DNA of 64,000 nt from a bacterium (GCA_963616935.1 CAVEMS010000004.1:69459-133458); one strand, 5' to 3'. Positions 28,727 to 38,352 are shown, counted from the stretch's first letter. Notes: generated by a model not told the origin, from the sequence alone. A program made the numbers and translations.

Positions 28727-29992
28727 TTAATCTTTTAACATATTGACTGGGACCACATGAATTCCGTCTTCTGTCGTAAAAGCATCTCCACCGGCCGTCA
28801 ATATCATGGAAAATGATGGTTCTTTTTGCCCGTTTTCGTGTATTTGGCCTTTCAAAGAATTTAAACGCGCTCTAGCGTATTTAATCTCTTCGGAGCCTCC
28901 CATCTTCACTTCTATCAATGCGTAATCACCATTTTTCAAATGCAAAACTACATCGCATTCCAATCCATTTACATCGCGAAAATGTCTAATCTCTCCTCTA
29001 AGGAATTGAGCATAGATCGAAAGTTCCTTGACGGCGAAATCCTCGAAAAGGAGGCCAAACGTCCGAGGATCATTCAATAAATCACTGGGCGAAATCCCTA
29101 AAGCTCCAGCAGCTATGGAGGTATCAACGAAGTGCCTTGTTGGCGTTGTGATTATTGCGGTTTTGCTCCTAAAATTCGGATTCCACGCCTCGACATCCTC
29201 GATGATGTATAAGTCGCGCAGCGCCTGGAGGTATTCGTCTAACGTATCATTGTTTATGTTTCGATCGTCGTGTTTGTTGATGTCATTAATTATTGTTATC
29301 TTCCGCGCTTCAGTCGAAACGTTTCTTGCGTAACTCCGCAAAATCATCCGAAAGATATCGGGTTTCTTATTCCTGAATTTTCCATTTTTAGAATTTTCGA
29401 AATCAAAGAGAGTCGAATAATAGTTCTCCGTGATTTGAAGCGCTCTTTCACGATTGCCGACAAGCGAAAGAGGCCATCCTCCACGGCATATATAAAAAGC
29501 CGTATCCTGCAAATGATATCCTTCATTAATAGCGAAGATCTCTTTTTTCCCAGCAAACAAATCGCTTAAAGAAACAAGACCTTTCGATTCTTTCGTCTCG
29601 GACAAGCTCATTGGGCGCATTTTAACGGTAACAATTCGTCCAGCACCCGAATGATAAATGTCGTCCATATCCGCCGGAGTCGAACTGCCGGTAAAGATAA
29701 ATTGACCGAATTTCTCTTCTCGTCTATCTACCTCAGATCGAACCGCATTCCATAAATCGGGAGCATTTTGCCATTCGTCGATAAGCCGTGGACTCTCTCC
29801 CATCAAAATTGCTTCAGGATCCAAATTCGCTAACTGTATTTTCTTTTTCGTATCCAAACAATATTCGCTTTTGGCATATTTTCTGCAAGTTTCCGTTTTA
29901 CCGCACCATTTTGGCCCAGCTAGAACGACAACACCCGATGTTTCCAAAGCTTTTTCTATATTTTTTTCGATGTATCTGTGCAGGTAATTCAT
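28727..29992 (-). CDS. AAA+ ATPase with DUF4143-like C-terminal domain (second paralogue)
   Basis: P-loop LAGPKWCGKTET and an architecture like the 4570..5781 product. The start is probably the second ATG (MNYLHRY) given GGAG spacing; the track ORF extends to 29998. Confidence 0.75.
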   Translation of the reverse strand: MNYLHRYIEKNIEKALETSGVVVLAGPKWCGKTETCRKYAKSEYCLDTKKKIQLANLDPEAILMGESPRLIDEWQNAPDLWNAVRSEVDRREEKFGQFIFTGSSTPADMDDIYHSGAGRIVTVKMRPMSLSETKESKGLVSLSDLFAGKKEIFAINEGYHLQDTAFYICRGGWPLSLVGNRERALQITENYYSTLFDFENSKNGKFRNKKPDIFRMILRSYARNVSTEARKITIINDINKHDDRNINNDTLDEYLQALRDLYIIEDVEAWNPNFRSKTAIITTPTRHFVDTSIAAGALGISPSDLLNDPRTFGLLFEDFAVKELSIYAQFLRGEIRHFRDVNGLECDVVLHLKNGDYALIEVKMGGSEEIKYARARLNSLKGQIHENGQKEPSFSMILTAGGDAFTTEDGIHVVPVNMLKD

Positions 29993-30039
29993 AGTCATCT
30001 CCTAGAGATATGCTAACATATTAAAAATAATAAACAATA

Positions 30040-30112
30040 TTTTTCCCCCTGTTTCACGTTAACATTTTCCCCCTGTTTCACGTTAACATTTTCCCCCTGT
30101 TTCACGTTAAAA
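30040..30112. repeat. tandem direct repeat, about 3 copies of the 24-bp unit TTTTCCCCCTGTTTCACGTTAACA
   Basis: Seen directly: copies at 30040-30063, 30064-30087 and 30088-30110 (the last is truncated). It lies between the start of the ATPase gene and the tRNA cluster. Confidence 0.85.
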
Positions 30113-30210
30113 AATCATCCTTACTTTGCTAGAACGACAAATTGAATTCATAAAAATCGTCATTTGGCGTCGAAAAAATGCTAAGCAATCACATATAGAA
30201 TGCTAACCAA

Positions 30211-30236
30211 ATAAAAAAGCCGGCTTATGCCGGCCA
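30211..30236 (-). terminator. rho-independent terminator of the tRNA-Leu/tRNA-Arg transcription unit
   Basis: GCCGGC-TTAT-GCCGGC hairpin followed on the minus strand by TTTTTTATTT. Confidence 0.5.
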
Positions 30237-30247
30237 TATAGACATAT

Positions 30248-30324
30248 TGGCGCGCCCGAGGCGACTCGAACGCCTGACCCCAACCTTCGGAGGGTTGTAC
30301 TCTATCCATCTGAGCTACGAGCGC
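30248..30324 (-). tRNA. tRNA-Arg(CCG)
   Basis: The reverse complement GCGCTCGTAGCTCAGATGGATAGAGTA... has anticodon loop CUCCGAA and ends TCGCCTCGGGCGCGCCA. Confidence 0.7.
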
Positions 30325-30327
30325 AAT

Positions 30328-30412
30328 TGGTGCGCTGGATGAGGCTCGAACTCACACCCGTTGCCGGACTAGCTCCTGAAACTAGCGCGTATACCAATTC
30401 CGCCACCAGCGC
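30328..30412 (-). tRNA. tRNA-Leu(CAG)
   Basis: The reverse complement GCGCTGGTGGCGGAATTGGTATACGC... has a long variable arm (CCGGCAACGG), anticodon loop UUCAGGA and 3' CCA. It lies 3 bp from tRNA-Arg. Confidence 0.65.
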
Positions 30413-30430
30413 ACGTAGGCATAATATACT

Positions 30431-31363
30431 CTAATTCTCGAAGAAATCGAAGATGGCTTTCCAAACTGGTTGATTTTCTTCCGTGGCCTTTTCCAAATCC
30501 ATTTTCATATCAAGATTTTTCGCCGGATCGTTTAAACCGATCTTTAAGAGATTAGACACATAAGCCTCACTTCCAGTGGTTCTAAAAGGGGAGTGCTTAG
30601 AGCCTTCAACGTATAGGAATTCAACCGAAGGATTGCCAAAAAACGCTTTTCTAAGAGGTGAGAAACCCACCTTTAACGGAACGATATCATCTTCTGATCC
30701 TTGGATATAGAGCACTTTAACAGATTTGTTTCGCTTGATGGCATTTATGGCGTTTTTGCCGCCGTTTTTGAGGTCGGCAAGGCGAGAAGCAAACCAAAAC
30801 GCAGGCTTAAAAAAGCTAACAAACTTGGGAAAACGGCATCTAATCAATTCAGGAAAACTGATGTAACCAGATAGCGAGACTATCTTTTCCACGCCATATT
30901 CTTTCTTAGCGCTCATCATAGCGGCCCAGCCACCCCAAGAATGGCCGATTGCATAACGTTTCAATCCTTTAACGCATATCTCGTTATCTAAATAAGAAAA
31001 GAAGGCCTTTTGATCGTTTGCAGCATGATCCAGCGAACGGATTTCGCTTCCTTGGCTTTCCATTGAGCCCATGTTGTCGTAAGCGTATACCAAATATCCT
31101 TCCTCAGCCAATAAGCATATCTCCTTGATATAACTGGCTCTTCCATCGCCTAAGCCATGGAAAAAGATCACGATTGCTTTCGGTTTGACGCCCTTTTTGA
31201 AATATTTCGAGCCTGATAATCTCCATTTCCCAGAATAAAAACCGAAACGCTCTTCCGTTATGCCGAAATCATCCGCTCTCCAATAGGGAAAAGCGGGGGA
31301 GCCATCGTATCTCTTCCCACATATTTTTCTGATAATCGAATAAACGTATAGCGAAATAAGCAT
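30431..31363 (-). CDS. alpha/beta-fold hydrolase (esterase/lipase-like)
   Basis: FHGLGDG oxyanion-hole region and nucleophile elbow GHSWGG. Confidence 0.65.
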   Translation of the reverse strand: MLISLYVYSIIRKICGKRYDGSPAFPYWRADDFGITEERFGFYSGKWRLSGSKYFKKGVKPKAIVIFFHGLGDGRASYIKEICLLAEEGYLVYAYDNMGSMESQGSEIRSLDHAANDQKAFFSYLDNEICVKGLKRYAIGHSWGGWAAMMSAKKEYGVEKIVSLSGYISFPELIRCRFPKFVSFFKPAFWFASRLADLKNGGKNAINAIKRNKSVKVLYIQGSEDDIVPLKVGFSPLRKAFFGNPSVEFLYVEGSKHSPFRTTGSEAYVSNLLKIGLNDPAKNLDMKMDLEKATEENQPVWKAIFDFFEN

Positions 31364-31368
31364 CTTGC

Positions 31369-33813
31369 CTAACCAAAGATAAGCCTAAAGATGGCGGCAA
31401 TTGGACGATGGTTCGCCATATGGATGACAAACGCCAATTTGTTCTCTTCTAAGATTGCCGATCGAAGTGGGAAATTCATTCCAACTTCAATAGCCATATC
31501 GACCGAAGGGTAATCGGATGCGCAAGCGGTCATTTGCGCAACAAGTTTCTTCTTAAGGTATTTTCCTATCAATGTGCGTTCCAAATCCTTGATCGTGTTA
31601 TTTCTATGGAATTTCTTTTTCTTTCTTCTGATGTTCTTGGAGACGCTATGATCGAGCAAGACCTCGAATTCATTGTCGCTAATTCTCCAAGCGCCGTTTT
31701 GCGGTTTGGAGAAATACCCAGGAAGCAAGAAATGCATGTCTCTTGAATGATGACTTGATACTACCTTCAAAGTCTTAGAAAACGAAATATCCCTGCAATT
31801 CAAGCCTATATCAATAGAATAATCGTCGTCATTCACGACCAATTTTTCGGACGTAACGCCATAATGGGCAAATGCCGAATAGGCGAACTCAAAGGTCACG
31901 GTCTTGCTCTTCCCAGGGGCCAAAAACACCTTCTCAAAGGCTTTTAGTTCGCGAAGCGCATGAAGCGTTTTCTCGCTTTTCGCGCCGATATAGCATTGGA
32001 CGACGGTAGCGCCAGAAACCTTGCCAACGTTCTTTACCTTGATGCTTACCTTGACCTTTTGGCCATCGCGAAGCGTCTCTCGTGACACCTTGCCATCGCT
32101 AAGAGCGAAATCGGTGTAGCTCAATCCATATCCAAACGGGAAAAGGACATCTCTCTTAGCGCTTAGGTAGTAACGATATCCAACGAAGATGCTTTCCTTA
32201 TATAGCGACACATCACCTTCGCCTGGGAAGTATAAAGAACTCGGGCAATCGATGTATCTTATCGGCCAGCTTTCCGCTAGATGACCAGAAGGATTGGCTT
32301 CGCCCATAATAAGCGATAAAAGAGCTTCGCCTCCCGCTTCGCCAGAAAGATAATCGATCATCAAAGCACGGCATTTCTCGATAAATGGAAGTTCGAGGGC
32401 GCTTCCGCACGACAAAACGACGATGATGTTCTTGTTTTGAGCGTAAATCGCTTCGAATAGGCTTACTTGCCTATCGTCTAGGCGCATGTCATGGCGGTCA
32501 TATCCCTCGCCATCGTCTTGTTGATACGTTCCTAGGAATAGGATGACCGTTTTAGAAGTGCTCGCCAAATCGATCGCATCGACGCGTAAGGCCTCATCGT
32601 CGTCTTGGTCTTTTGGATCGTATCCTTTCGCATACGGAAGATCGGCGCCGAACATCTTCGACGCCTCTTGATAAAACGATGTTAGGCGCTTAGGCTTGAC
32701 TTTTGCGCTCCCAGCTCCGCGATAATGTGGCTCTTTCGCAAACGCACCGATGATGCAGACGTCCTTAAGTTTCTTTAATGGCAATATCCCATCGTTTTTC
32801 GCTAAGACAATGCTATTAAGTGCCATCTCTTTGGCGACTTGATGGGCATTAATCGGCTCTATCGGCTCAATCGATCTCTTCTCTTTCGCTTCATCCACCT
32901 TTTTCGATAAAGCGGCGATCCTAGTCACTTCCTCATCGAATCTCTTGCGATCGATCTTTCCTTTTTTGATCGCTTTGGCGATGAGTTTCGGACGGGACTT
33001 ATCGACGCTTGGCATCTCTAAATCCAAGCCTCTTGCGTGAGCCAAAACGGGATCGACGACAGAACACCAATCGCTTATAAGAACGCCATCATATCCCCAT
33101 TCTTTCCTTAAAACGGTATCGAGCAGCCATTCGTTTTGCGACGCATAGACGCCATTCAAACGATTGTACGAGCACATCACACTCCAAGGATGGCTCTTCT
33201 TAATGGCGATTTCAAAGCCCTTGAGGTAAATCTCGCGTAAGGCCCTCATATCGACTTCGCTAGACATCGTGAAGCGGTGATATTCGCAATTGTTGGCGGC
33301 AAAATGCTTTAGGCAAGCCCCAACTCCGTAATCCTGTAATCCACTAATGTACGCGGCGCCCATTTCGCCAGACAAAAGAGGGTCCTCGGAGAGATATTCG
33401 AAATTCCTTCCGCACAACGGATTTCGCTTGATGTTGATACCGGGCGCCAAAAGGAGATCGGTTCCTTTTTCGATGGCTTCCACCGCTAAAGCGTGACCCA
33501 TCTTCCTCATTAGTTCCGTATCCCATGAGCATGCGGATAAGCACGGCGCCGGGAAACAAGTCGCCGGAAGGATATCACTATTCATCGCATCGGTTTCCGG
33601 CGTCCTAAGACCACACGGCCCATCGTTCATCTTTATCTCGTGGATATCGGATTCTTTGATTCCGTGCGTCCTCCAATAGCCGTTTCCGAAAAGGAGCTTA
33701 GCTTGCTTTTTAAGAGGCAATTTGTTGATGGGAACAACTTTTTTCTTTTTGGCCATTTTCTTATTTCTTTTCCTCATCCATCGGGGTTTCGCAGGGTTTT
33801 TCCTCTTTTTCAT
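31369..33813 (-). CDS. glycoside hydrolase family 3 beta-glucosidase/beta-hexosidase
   Basis: GH3 motifs KHFAANN, GYDGVLISDW (catalytic Asp region) and an N-terminal DGPCGLR-type segment. There is a lysine-rich N-terminal extension of about 40 aa in the longest ORF, so the true start is probably downstream. Confidence 0.85.
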   Translation of the reverse strand: MKKRKNPAKPRWMRKRNKKMAKKKKVVPINKLPLKKQAKLLFGNGYWRTHGIKESDIHEIKMNDGPCGLRTPETDAMNSDILPATCFPAPCLSACSWDTELMRKMGHALAVEAIEKGTDLLLAPGINIKRNPLCGRNFEYLSEDPLLSGEMGAAYISGLQDYGVGACLKHFAANNCEYHRFTMSSEVDMRALREIYLKGFEIAIKKSHPWSVMCSYNRLNGVYASQNEWLLDTVLRKEWGYDGVLISDWCSVVDPVLAHARGLDLEMPSVDKSRPKLIAKAIKKGKIDRKRFDEEVTRIAALSKKVDEAKEKRSIEPIEPINAHQVAKEMALNSIVLAKNDGILPLKKLKDVCIIGAFAKEPHYRGAGSAKVKPKRLTSFYQEASKMFGADLPYAKGYDPKDQDDDEALRVDAIDLASTSKTVILFLGTYQQDDGEGYDRHDMRLDDRQVSLFEAIYAQNKNIIVVLSCGSALELPFIEKCRALMIDYLSGEAGGEALLSLIMGEANPSGHLAESWPIRYIDCPSSLYFPGEGDVSLYKESIFVGYRYYLSAKRDVLFPFGYGLSYTDFALSDGKVSRETLRDGQKVKVSIKVKNVGKVSGATVVQCYIGAKSEKTLHALRELKAFEKVFLAPGKSKTVTFEFAYSAFAHYGVTSEKLVVNDDDYSIDIGLNCRDISFSKTLKVVSSHHSRDMHFLLPGYFSKPQNGAWRISDNEFEVLLDHSVSKNIRRKKKKFHRNNTIKDLERTLIGKYLKKKLVAQMTACASDYPSVDMAIEVGMNFPLRSAILEENKLAFVIHMANHRPIAAIFRLIFG

Positions 33814-34288
33814 CGCTTATTGCAGGAGGATTCTGTTCGTTATCGTTTTCAGACGTGCCTTCTTCCAACAATCCCGGATGAACGTGAAACCAATGATAGA
33901 TACCTTGGAATATATAGACGCAGGAAAGATAGACGAAGACGCCACCCATGACGTATTTGAGGATCGAGACATCTTGCGTTATCAAGGAATAGAGATCGTA
34001 ACCGATCAAAAAGGTGGCCGAGGGAAGAACCAAGATTTTATCCAGCAGGCAATTCTTTTTCTTTCTCTTCGGTGAGCATAATAGCCAAACGAAATCTCCC
34101 CAAAGGAGGAAGCCTCCAAAAAGGGTAACCCATCTGAATGCGATGGCTTTCCAATCTTGGATATTGATGATCTCCAAGAGAATCAAGACGCCAAGAACCG
34201 CGAAGACGATTCCGAAGACCAAGAGCTCGCCAGAATAGATGAGTTTGGCCTTAGTTAGCTCATCCATCTTCTTTTTTTCATTTTCCAT
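33761..34288 (-). CDS. small hydrophobic membrane protein, hypothetical
   Basis: 175-aa ORF with 3-4 TM segments. Its 3' end overlaps the 5' extension of the GH3 ORF. Confidence 0.4.
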   Translation of the reverse strand: MENEKKKMDELTKAKLIYSGELLVFGIVFAVLGVLILLEIINIQDWKAIAFRWVTLFGGFLLWGDFVWLLCSPKRKKKNCLLDKILVLPSATFLIGYDLYSLITQDVSILKYVMGGVFVYLSCVYIFQGIYHWFHVHPGLLEEGTSENDNEQNPPAISDEKEEKPCETPMDEEKK

Positions 34289-34392
34289 AGGAAAAAGTTT
34301 ATTACCTTATGGCCCTCGTGTCCATCGTATAGGCGCACGGTTTAAAGCAAAGAGAAAAATCTTTTGCAGCGTAACGGCAAATGCGATTGATC

Positions 34393-36558
34393 CTATATAG
34401 ACACTTCCGAAGTCAGGTTTTTCGTGTTGTTGTAATTGTTCGTATCCGTATAGAAGGAGGTGGATATGGCTTTCTTTTCCCTAAGGAAATCGGCAGTCAC
34501 ATCGCGATAGTTATAGATTTCGTGCCCTTCTTTCGATAGGCTTCCGATAACCGTGAATCCTTCATCGAAATAATCATAGGACCTGTTCGAATCTTGATGA
34601 TAAAGAAGGTAATCGAGAATGGCTATCGTATACGTTTTCGACCCTTCAAACGCGGCTCCACTCACCCTATATATCGGATTATATCCCGCCTCAGTGATCA
34701 GATCGTTTCCGGTGACGGTGGCGATATAGATCGCATTATCGAAAGGCACCGATTCATATAGAGAGGAATAGGTCAAAGAACCGCTGGATATATCGCTTCT
34801 CGCTTTGTTACACATCGCCAAATCGATCGTATAGCCTTCTTTCTTCGCTTCGGTTGCTATCGCGTGGGCGACGAGTCTAGGAACCCCCACTTTAGACGAT
34901 AAGTCAGAATCAAGGGTGGCAAGTTCTTCATTTGCCCTTTCTTCTATTGGCTCAGCGTACGAATCGACGACCGCTTTCATATCAGCGTCTTCGCTATAAG
35001 ATGACGCTTTGAAAGCGATGTTCTCTTTCGTCCTCGATTCGATCGAGCCTCCTTTGATGGTTATTTTGACATTCGATACGTATGTTCCATACGATTTGCC
35101 TTGGATATATGGCACTTCGTTATAGAAGGTTTCCTCTAAGCTATGGGTGTGAGCGCAAAACACCGCATCGACGCTTGAGGATATCTCTTCCGTCATGACG
35201 TCGCTTTGGCCGGTATGGGCGCTTAAAACGACGATATCGCAGCCCTTTTCATTACGAAGCGTCTCACTATAAGAGGCGACGATAGGAGAAGGATCTTTGA
35301 AACCGATGGTGACGACGTTAGAACTCGTTATGGAAGTTATCTGATTTTTGCCGATGATGCCGATTATTCCAACGCGAAGGCCATTGTCCAAGTCCTTAAT
35401 CGTATATGGATCCACGAGTTCGCTTGCGAAATCGCCGAACTCTTTCTTATCTTGATCCCAATGGTATATGTTCGCGCCCAAAAACGGGGTTTCAGTCGAT
35501 TCCTTGTTTTCGATTATGTGATTTAGTCCCCAATCGAATTCGTGATTCCCTAAGGTAAAGCAGTCGAAACCGATTTTATCGAAAGAACTGGTGAGCAATT
35601 TGCCATAATTCGTATTGCTTAGCATGCTTCCCTGCCACATGTCGCCGGAATTGATGAAAACGGTGTTGTCGCTCTTTTTGCCTTTGAAGAATGTCGTAAG
35701 CGAGGAAATCTTGTCGGTTTCGCCATGGAAATCGTTTATCGCATAGAAATCGACGGTTTTGGAGACGCTTGGATCAACGAGCTTCAAATCGCTTGAAGAG
35801 CTGATTCTAAATGCCCAATTTTCGTTATAACTAACCAAATTGCCATAGGATTTGAAATAAGCGGACGAGGAAGCCGAAGTAAGTTTCTTAGCGATGGCGT
35901 TCGTCTCATCTTTCGTTCCGGCGTCAATCAAAATCGGATAGAAAGAGGAACCCGAATAGTCTTTGGACGAATATAGCAAGGAACCGTCTTCCGAAGTAAT
36001 CGGATAGGTATAGCCGCTATAAAGATCGCCAATCGTGAATTTGAGCGCATAGGCATATCGCCCATTCAAATAATAGTCTTCGGTCGTTACCCCATTAAGT
36101 TCAAACGCCGAAACGCGACCATACGAATTCTCGCCATAAGAAGAAACGACGGGATCGGTGACCCAATAATCGTTGCCGCTAGTAGAAAGAGTCCCGTCAA
36201 TAGAAACGTAGTCACCGACGTTAATGGTTTCGTCTCCCGAATAATCTTCGACTCTCAAACAAGTCCTCTCATGGGTGTTAGGACTAAGCCTTTCAACGTA
36301 AAAGGAGCGGGTTTCGTCATGGTTTTTTATGATTTTCGTTATCGTTCCGGTAGTTTTTCTAGAGACCTTTTCGGCGGAGTTTTTCCCTAAATCGACGAAT
36401 TCCCTTAGCTCGATTTCGTTTTCCTTCAAAACGCAGGGATCTAGCGTTCCGCTTGCATTGAACATAAGAGGGTTGACGGCTTTGGCAACGACAAAAGACG
36501 AAGCGGCGACCATGAAAAACGATGCAGCTATTATGAGTGGTTTTGCCTTATTATTCAT
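34393..36558 (-). CDS. secreted bifunctional metallophosphatase/5'-nucleotidase (UshA-like)
   Basis: Signal peptide; metallophosphoesterase motifs DFHGE and GNHEFDWG; the C-terminal region is typical of the 5'-nucleotidase substrate-binding domain. Confidence 0.7.
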   Translation of the reverse strand: MNNKAKPLIIAASFFMVAASSFVVAKAVNPLMFNASGTLDPCVLKENEIELREFVDLGKNSAEKVSRKTTGTITKIIKNHDETRSFYVERLSPNTHERTCLRVEDYSGDETINVGDYVSIDGTLSTSGNDYWVTDPVVSSYGENSYGRVSAFELNGVTTEDYYLNGRYAYALKFTIGDLYSGYTYPITSEDGSLLYSSKDYSGSSFYPILIDAGTKDETNAIAKKLTSASSSAYFKSYGNLVSYNENWAFRISSSSDLKLVDPSVSKTVDFYAINDFHGETDKISSLTTFFKGKKSDNTVFINSGDMWQGSMLSNTNYGKLLTSSFDKIGFDCFTLGNHEFDWGLNHIIENKESTETPFLGANIYHWDQDKKEFGDFASELVDPYTIKDLDNGLRVGIIGIIGKNQITSITSSNVVTIGFKDPSPIVASYSETLRNEKGCDIVVLSAHTGQSDVMTEEISSSVDAVFCAHTHSLEETFYNEVPYIQGKSYGTYVSNVKITIKGGSIESRTKENIAFKASSYSEDADMKAVVDSYAEPIEERANEELATLDSDLSSKVGVPRLVAHAIATEAKKEGYTIDLAMCNKARSDISSGSLTYSSLYESVPFDNAIYIATVTGNDLITEAGYNPIYRVSGAAFEGSKTYTIAILDYLLYHQDSNRSYDYFDEGFTVIGSLSKEGHEIYNYRDVTADFLREKKAISTSFYTDTNNYNNTKNLTSEVSI

Positions 36559-36655
36559 TTAGAATGAAACCTCGCTAAAAATATACATAATCAAGGCTTT
36601 AAGAACAATAAATATCGATGGCGTCCAATTCTCGATATACAGCCGATCAAAAGAA

Positions 36656-36685
36656 CAAAAAAACGGGCCAAGCCCGTTGTTTTTA
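36656..36685 (-). terminator. rho-independent terminator downstream of tRNA-Ala
   Basis: AAAAAACGGGC-CAA-GCCCGTTGTTTTT hairpin flanked by A and T runs; it could act bidirectionally. Confidence 0.55.
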
Positions 36686-36688
36686 GAT

Positions 36689-36765
36689 TTGGTGGAGCGT
36701 AAGAGGATCGAACTCTCGACCTCCTCCATGCCATGGAGGCGCTCTCCCAGCTGAGCTAACGCCCC
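36689..36765 (-). tRNA. tRNA-Ala(GGC)
   Basis: The reverse complement GGGGCGTTAGCTCAGCTGGGAGAGCGCC... carries the G3:U70 identity pair and anticodon loop AUGGCAU, and ends CTCCACCA. Confidence 0.8.
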
Positions 36766-36807
36766 AAATCCTGCGCTTTAAGCGCACGCATAAGCATAGG
36801 AGCCAAC

Positions 36808-38196
36808 TTAATGTTTGTCAACACTTTCTTTTAGTTCTGGAATGCCTCTATCAAGCGTTTCGATAGGCATCGGATCATGTTTGAGCACGAGTTTCAACAA
36901 GATTGGCGTCAAGAAACTCGAGATCAATATCAAAGCCAAGGTGTAAACCATTATCTGCGGATCCACTAGCCCGGCATCAATGCCTTTTTGCGCGCAGACG
37001 ATAAGGACTTCCGCCCTCGCCATCATGCCAATGCCGATAGCCAAGGAATGGCGACCGCCAAAATGGGTTATTAGACCGCCGGCACCTGCTCCGACGATTT
37101 TCCCCAATAGTCCAAGCACCACCCAAATAATTCCGAATATCATAAACTCCCAAGTGAACGAGGAACTTCCTTGGAACATGTTTAAAGCGATGCAAGCGAA
37201 GAACACCGGAGCGAAGATGTTATCGCTAATCGTTTCGCTACGATGATCGATGTATTTCTCAGGCGAAGTCCTCGAAAGCATCAAGCCCATTATGAAGGCG
37301 CCAGTAATATCGGCGATCGAGAAGAATTCCGCGACATATGACCAAATGAAGCAAGCGGCCAAGGCCAAAATGGTGATGCGGATATGATGAGGATATTTGT
37401 TCCCTAAGAAATTGAAGAAGCGTCCAAGCAAATAGGCGAGGCCGATAGAAAGGGCGAAGAAGGCAATCATAAACACGATTATGAGCGTCACCGATACGGC
37501 GGCATTTTCGCTTAATCCGGTCGCGTTAAGTATCATTCCGGCGAAAGTGGACGAATCGACGCTTCCAGTGCTGCTAGAAGACAAGGAAATAATCAAAGAA
37601 AGCAAAACGATTCCGATGATGTCATCGATTATCGCCGCGCTTATTAAAGCGGTCCCCATTGGTGTGTCCAGGCGATGCAATTCTTTTAATGTGGCCACCG
37701 TTATCGAGACGGAGGTGGCACTAAGGATGACGCCGTAATATATTTCGGTATATATAGGCGAGATACCCTCGATATTGAGTCTTCCATCGGTGATTTTATT
37801 GAATGAGAAAGCGAGCAAAAAGCCGAATAAAAGAGGAATCAGAACCCCTAACGACGTGATAATCAAAGACTTGACGCCTAGGGAGCGAACTTTCTTTAAA
37901 TCCGTCTCCAAGCCGGCGCTGAACATGATGAGGATAACGCCGACTTTGGCGAAAAAGGACAATCCGACTTGCGAATAAGAGAAAGACGATTGCAGCCATT
38001 CGCTTGGTATGAAAGTCATGCAGCCAACGGCAAGACCGGAAAGAAGCATGCCTATGACTTGGGGTATCTTGAGTTTCGATAAACCAATCGAAAACAGTTT
38101 CGCCAAAGCGATTATCAAGCCCAAGAACAAAAGGATCTCAAACGGTTTGTGTGACGATTCGACGGCTGTTAATGACGATAGCTGAACAAAGTTCAT
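36808..38196 (-). CDS. cation:proton antiporter (sodium/hydrogen exchanger family)
   Basis: 462-aa protein with about 12 TM helices and N-terminal IPQVIGMLLSGLAVG typical of Na_H exchanger proteins. Confidence 0.7.
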   Translation of the reverse strand: MNFVQLSSLTAVESSHKPFEILLFLGLIIALAKLFSIGLSKLKIPQVIGMLLSGLAVGCMTFIPSEWLQSSFSYSQVGLSFFAKVGVILIMFSAGLETDLKKVRSLGVKSLIITSLGVLIPLLFGFLLAFSFNKITDGRLNIEGISPIYTEIYYGVILSATSVSITVATLKELHRLDTPMGTALISAAIIDDIIGIVLLSLIISLSSSSTGSVDSSTFAGMILNATGLSENAAVSVTLIIVFMIAFFALSIGLAYLLGRFFNFLGNKYPHHIRITILALAACFIWSYVAEFFSIADITGAFIMGLMLSRTSPEKYIDHRSETISDNIFAPVFFACIALNMFQGSSSFTWEFMIFGIIWVVLGLLGKIVGAGAGGLITHFGGRHSLAIGIGMMARAEVLIVCAQKGIDAGLVDPQIMVYTLALILISSFLTPILLKLVLKHDPMPIETLDRGIPELKESVDKH

Positions 38197-38300
38197 TTTC
38201 TCTCTTCTTTCAAACGGTGCATTATTATAGGCTTCTAATTAGGACTCGCAAGAAAAAACGATGGGATTGCTCTGTCGCTGTTTCTCTACCCTTTGTAAAC

Positions 38301-38352
38301 TTTTGGTCATTCATCATATCTTTTGGTCATTTGAAATATTTTTGGTCATTTT
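38301..38352. promoter_or_regulatory. three direct copies of TTTTGGTCATT(T) at roughly 20-bp spacing
   Basis: Seen directly at 38301, 38321 and 38340. A fourth related copy (TTGTTGGTCATTT) is at 57419-57433, upstream of the sugar ABC operon. Confidence 0.4.

Noticed and set aside
30040-30112. Possible CRISPR array
   Set aside because: The repeat units are directly contiguous with no spacers and no cas genes nearby, so this is a plain tandem repeat.
25081-30420. Intact integrative mobile element
   Set aside because: No integrase, recombinase, transposase or relaxase ORF is present, so only decayed-islet signatures remain.
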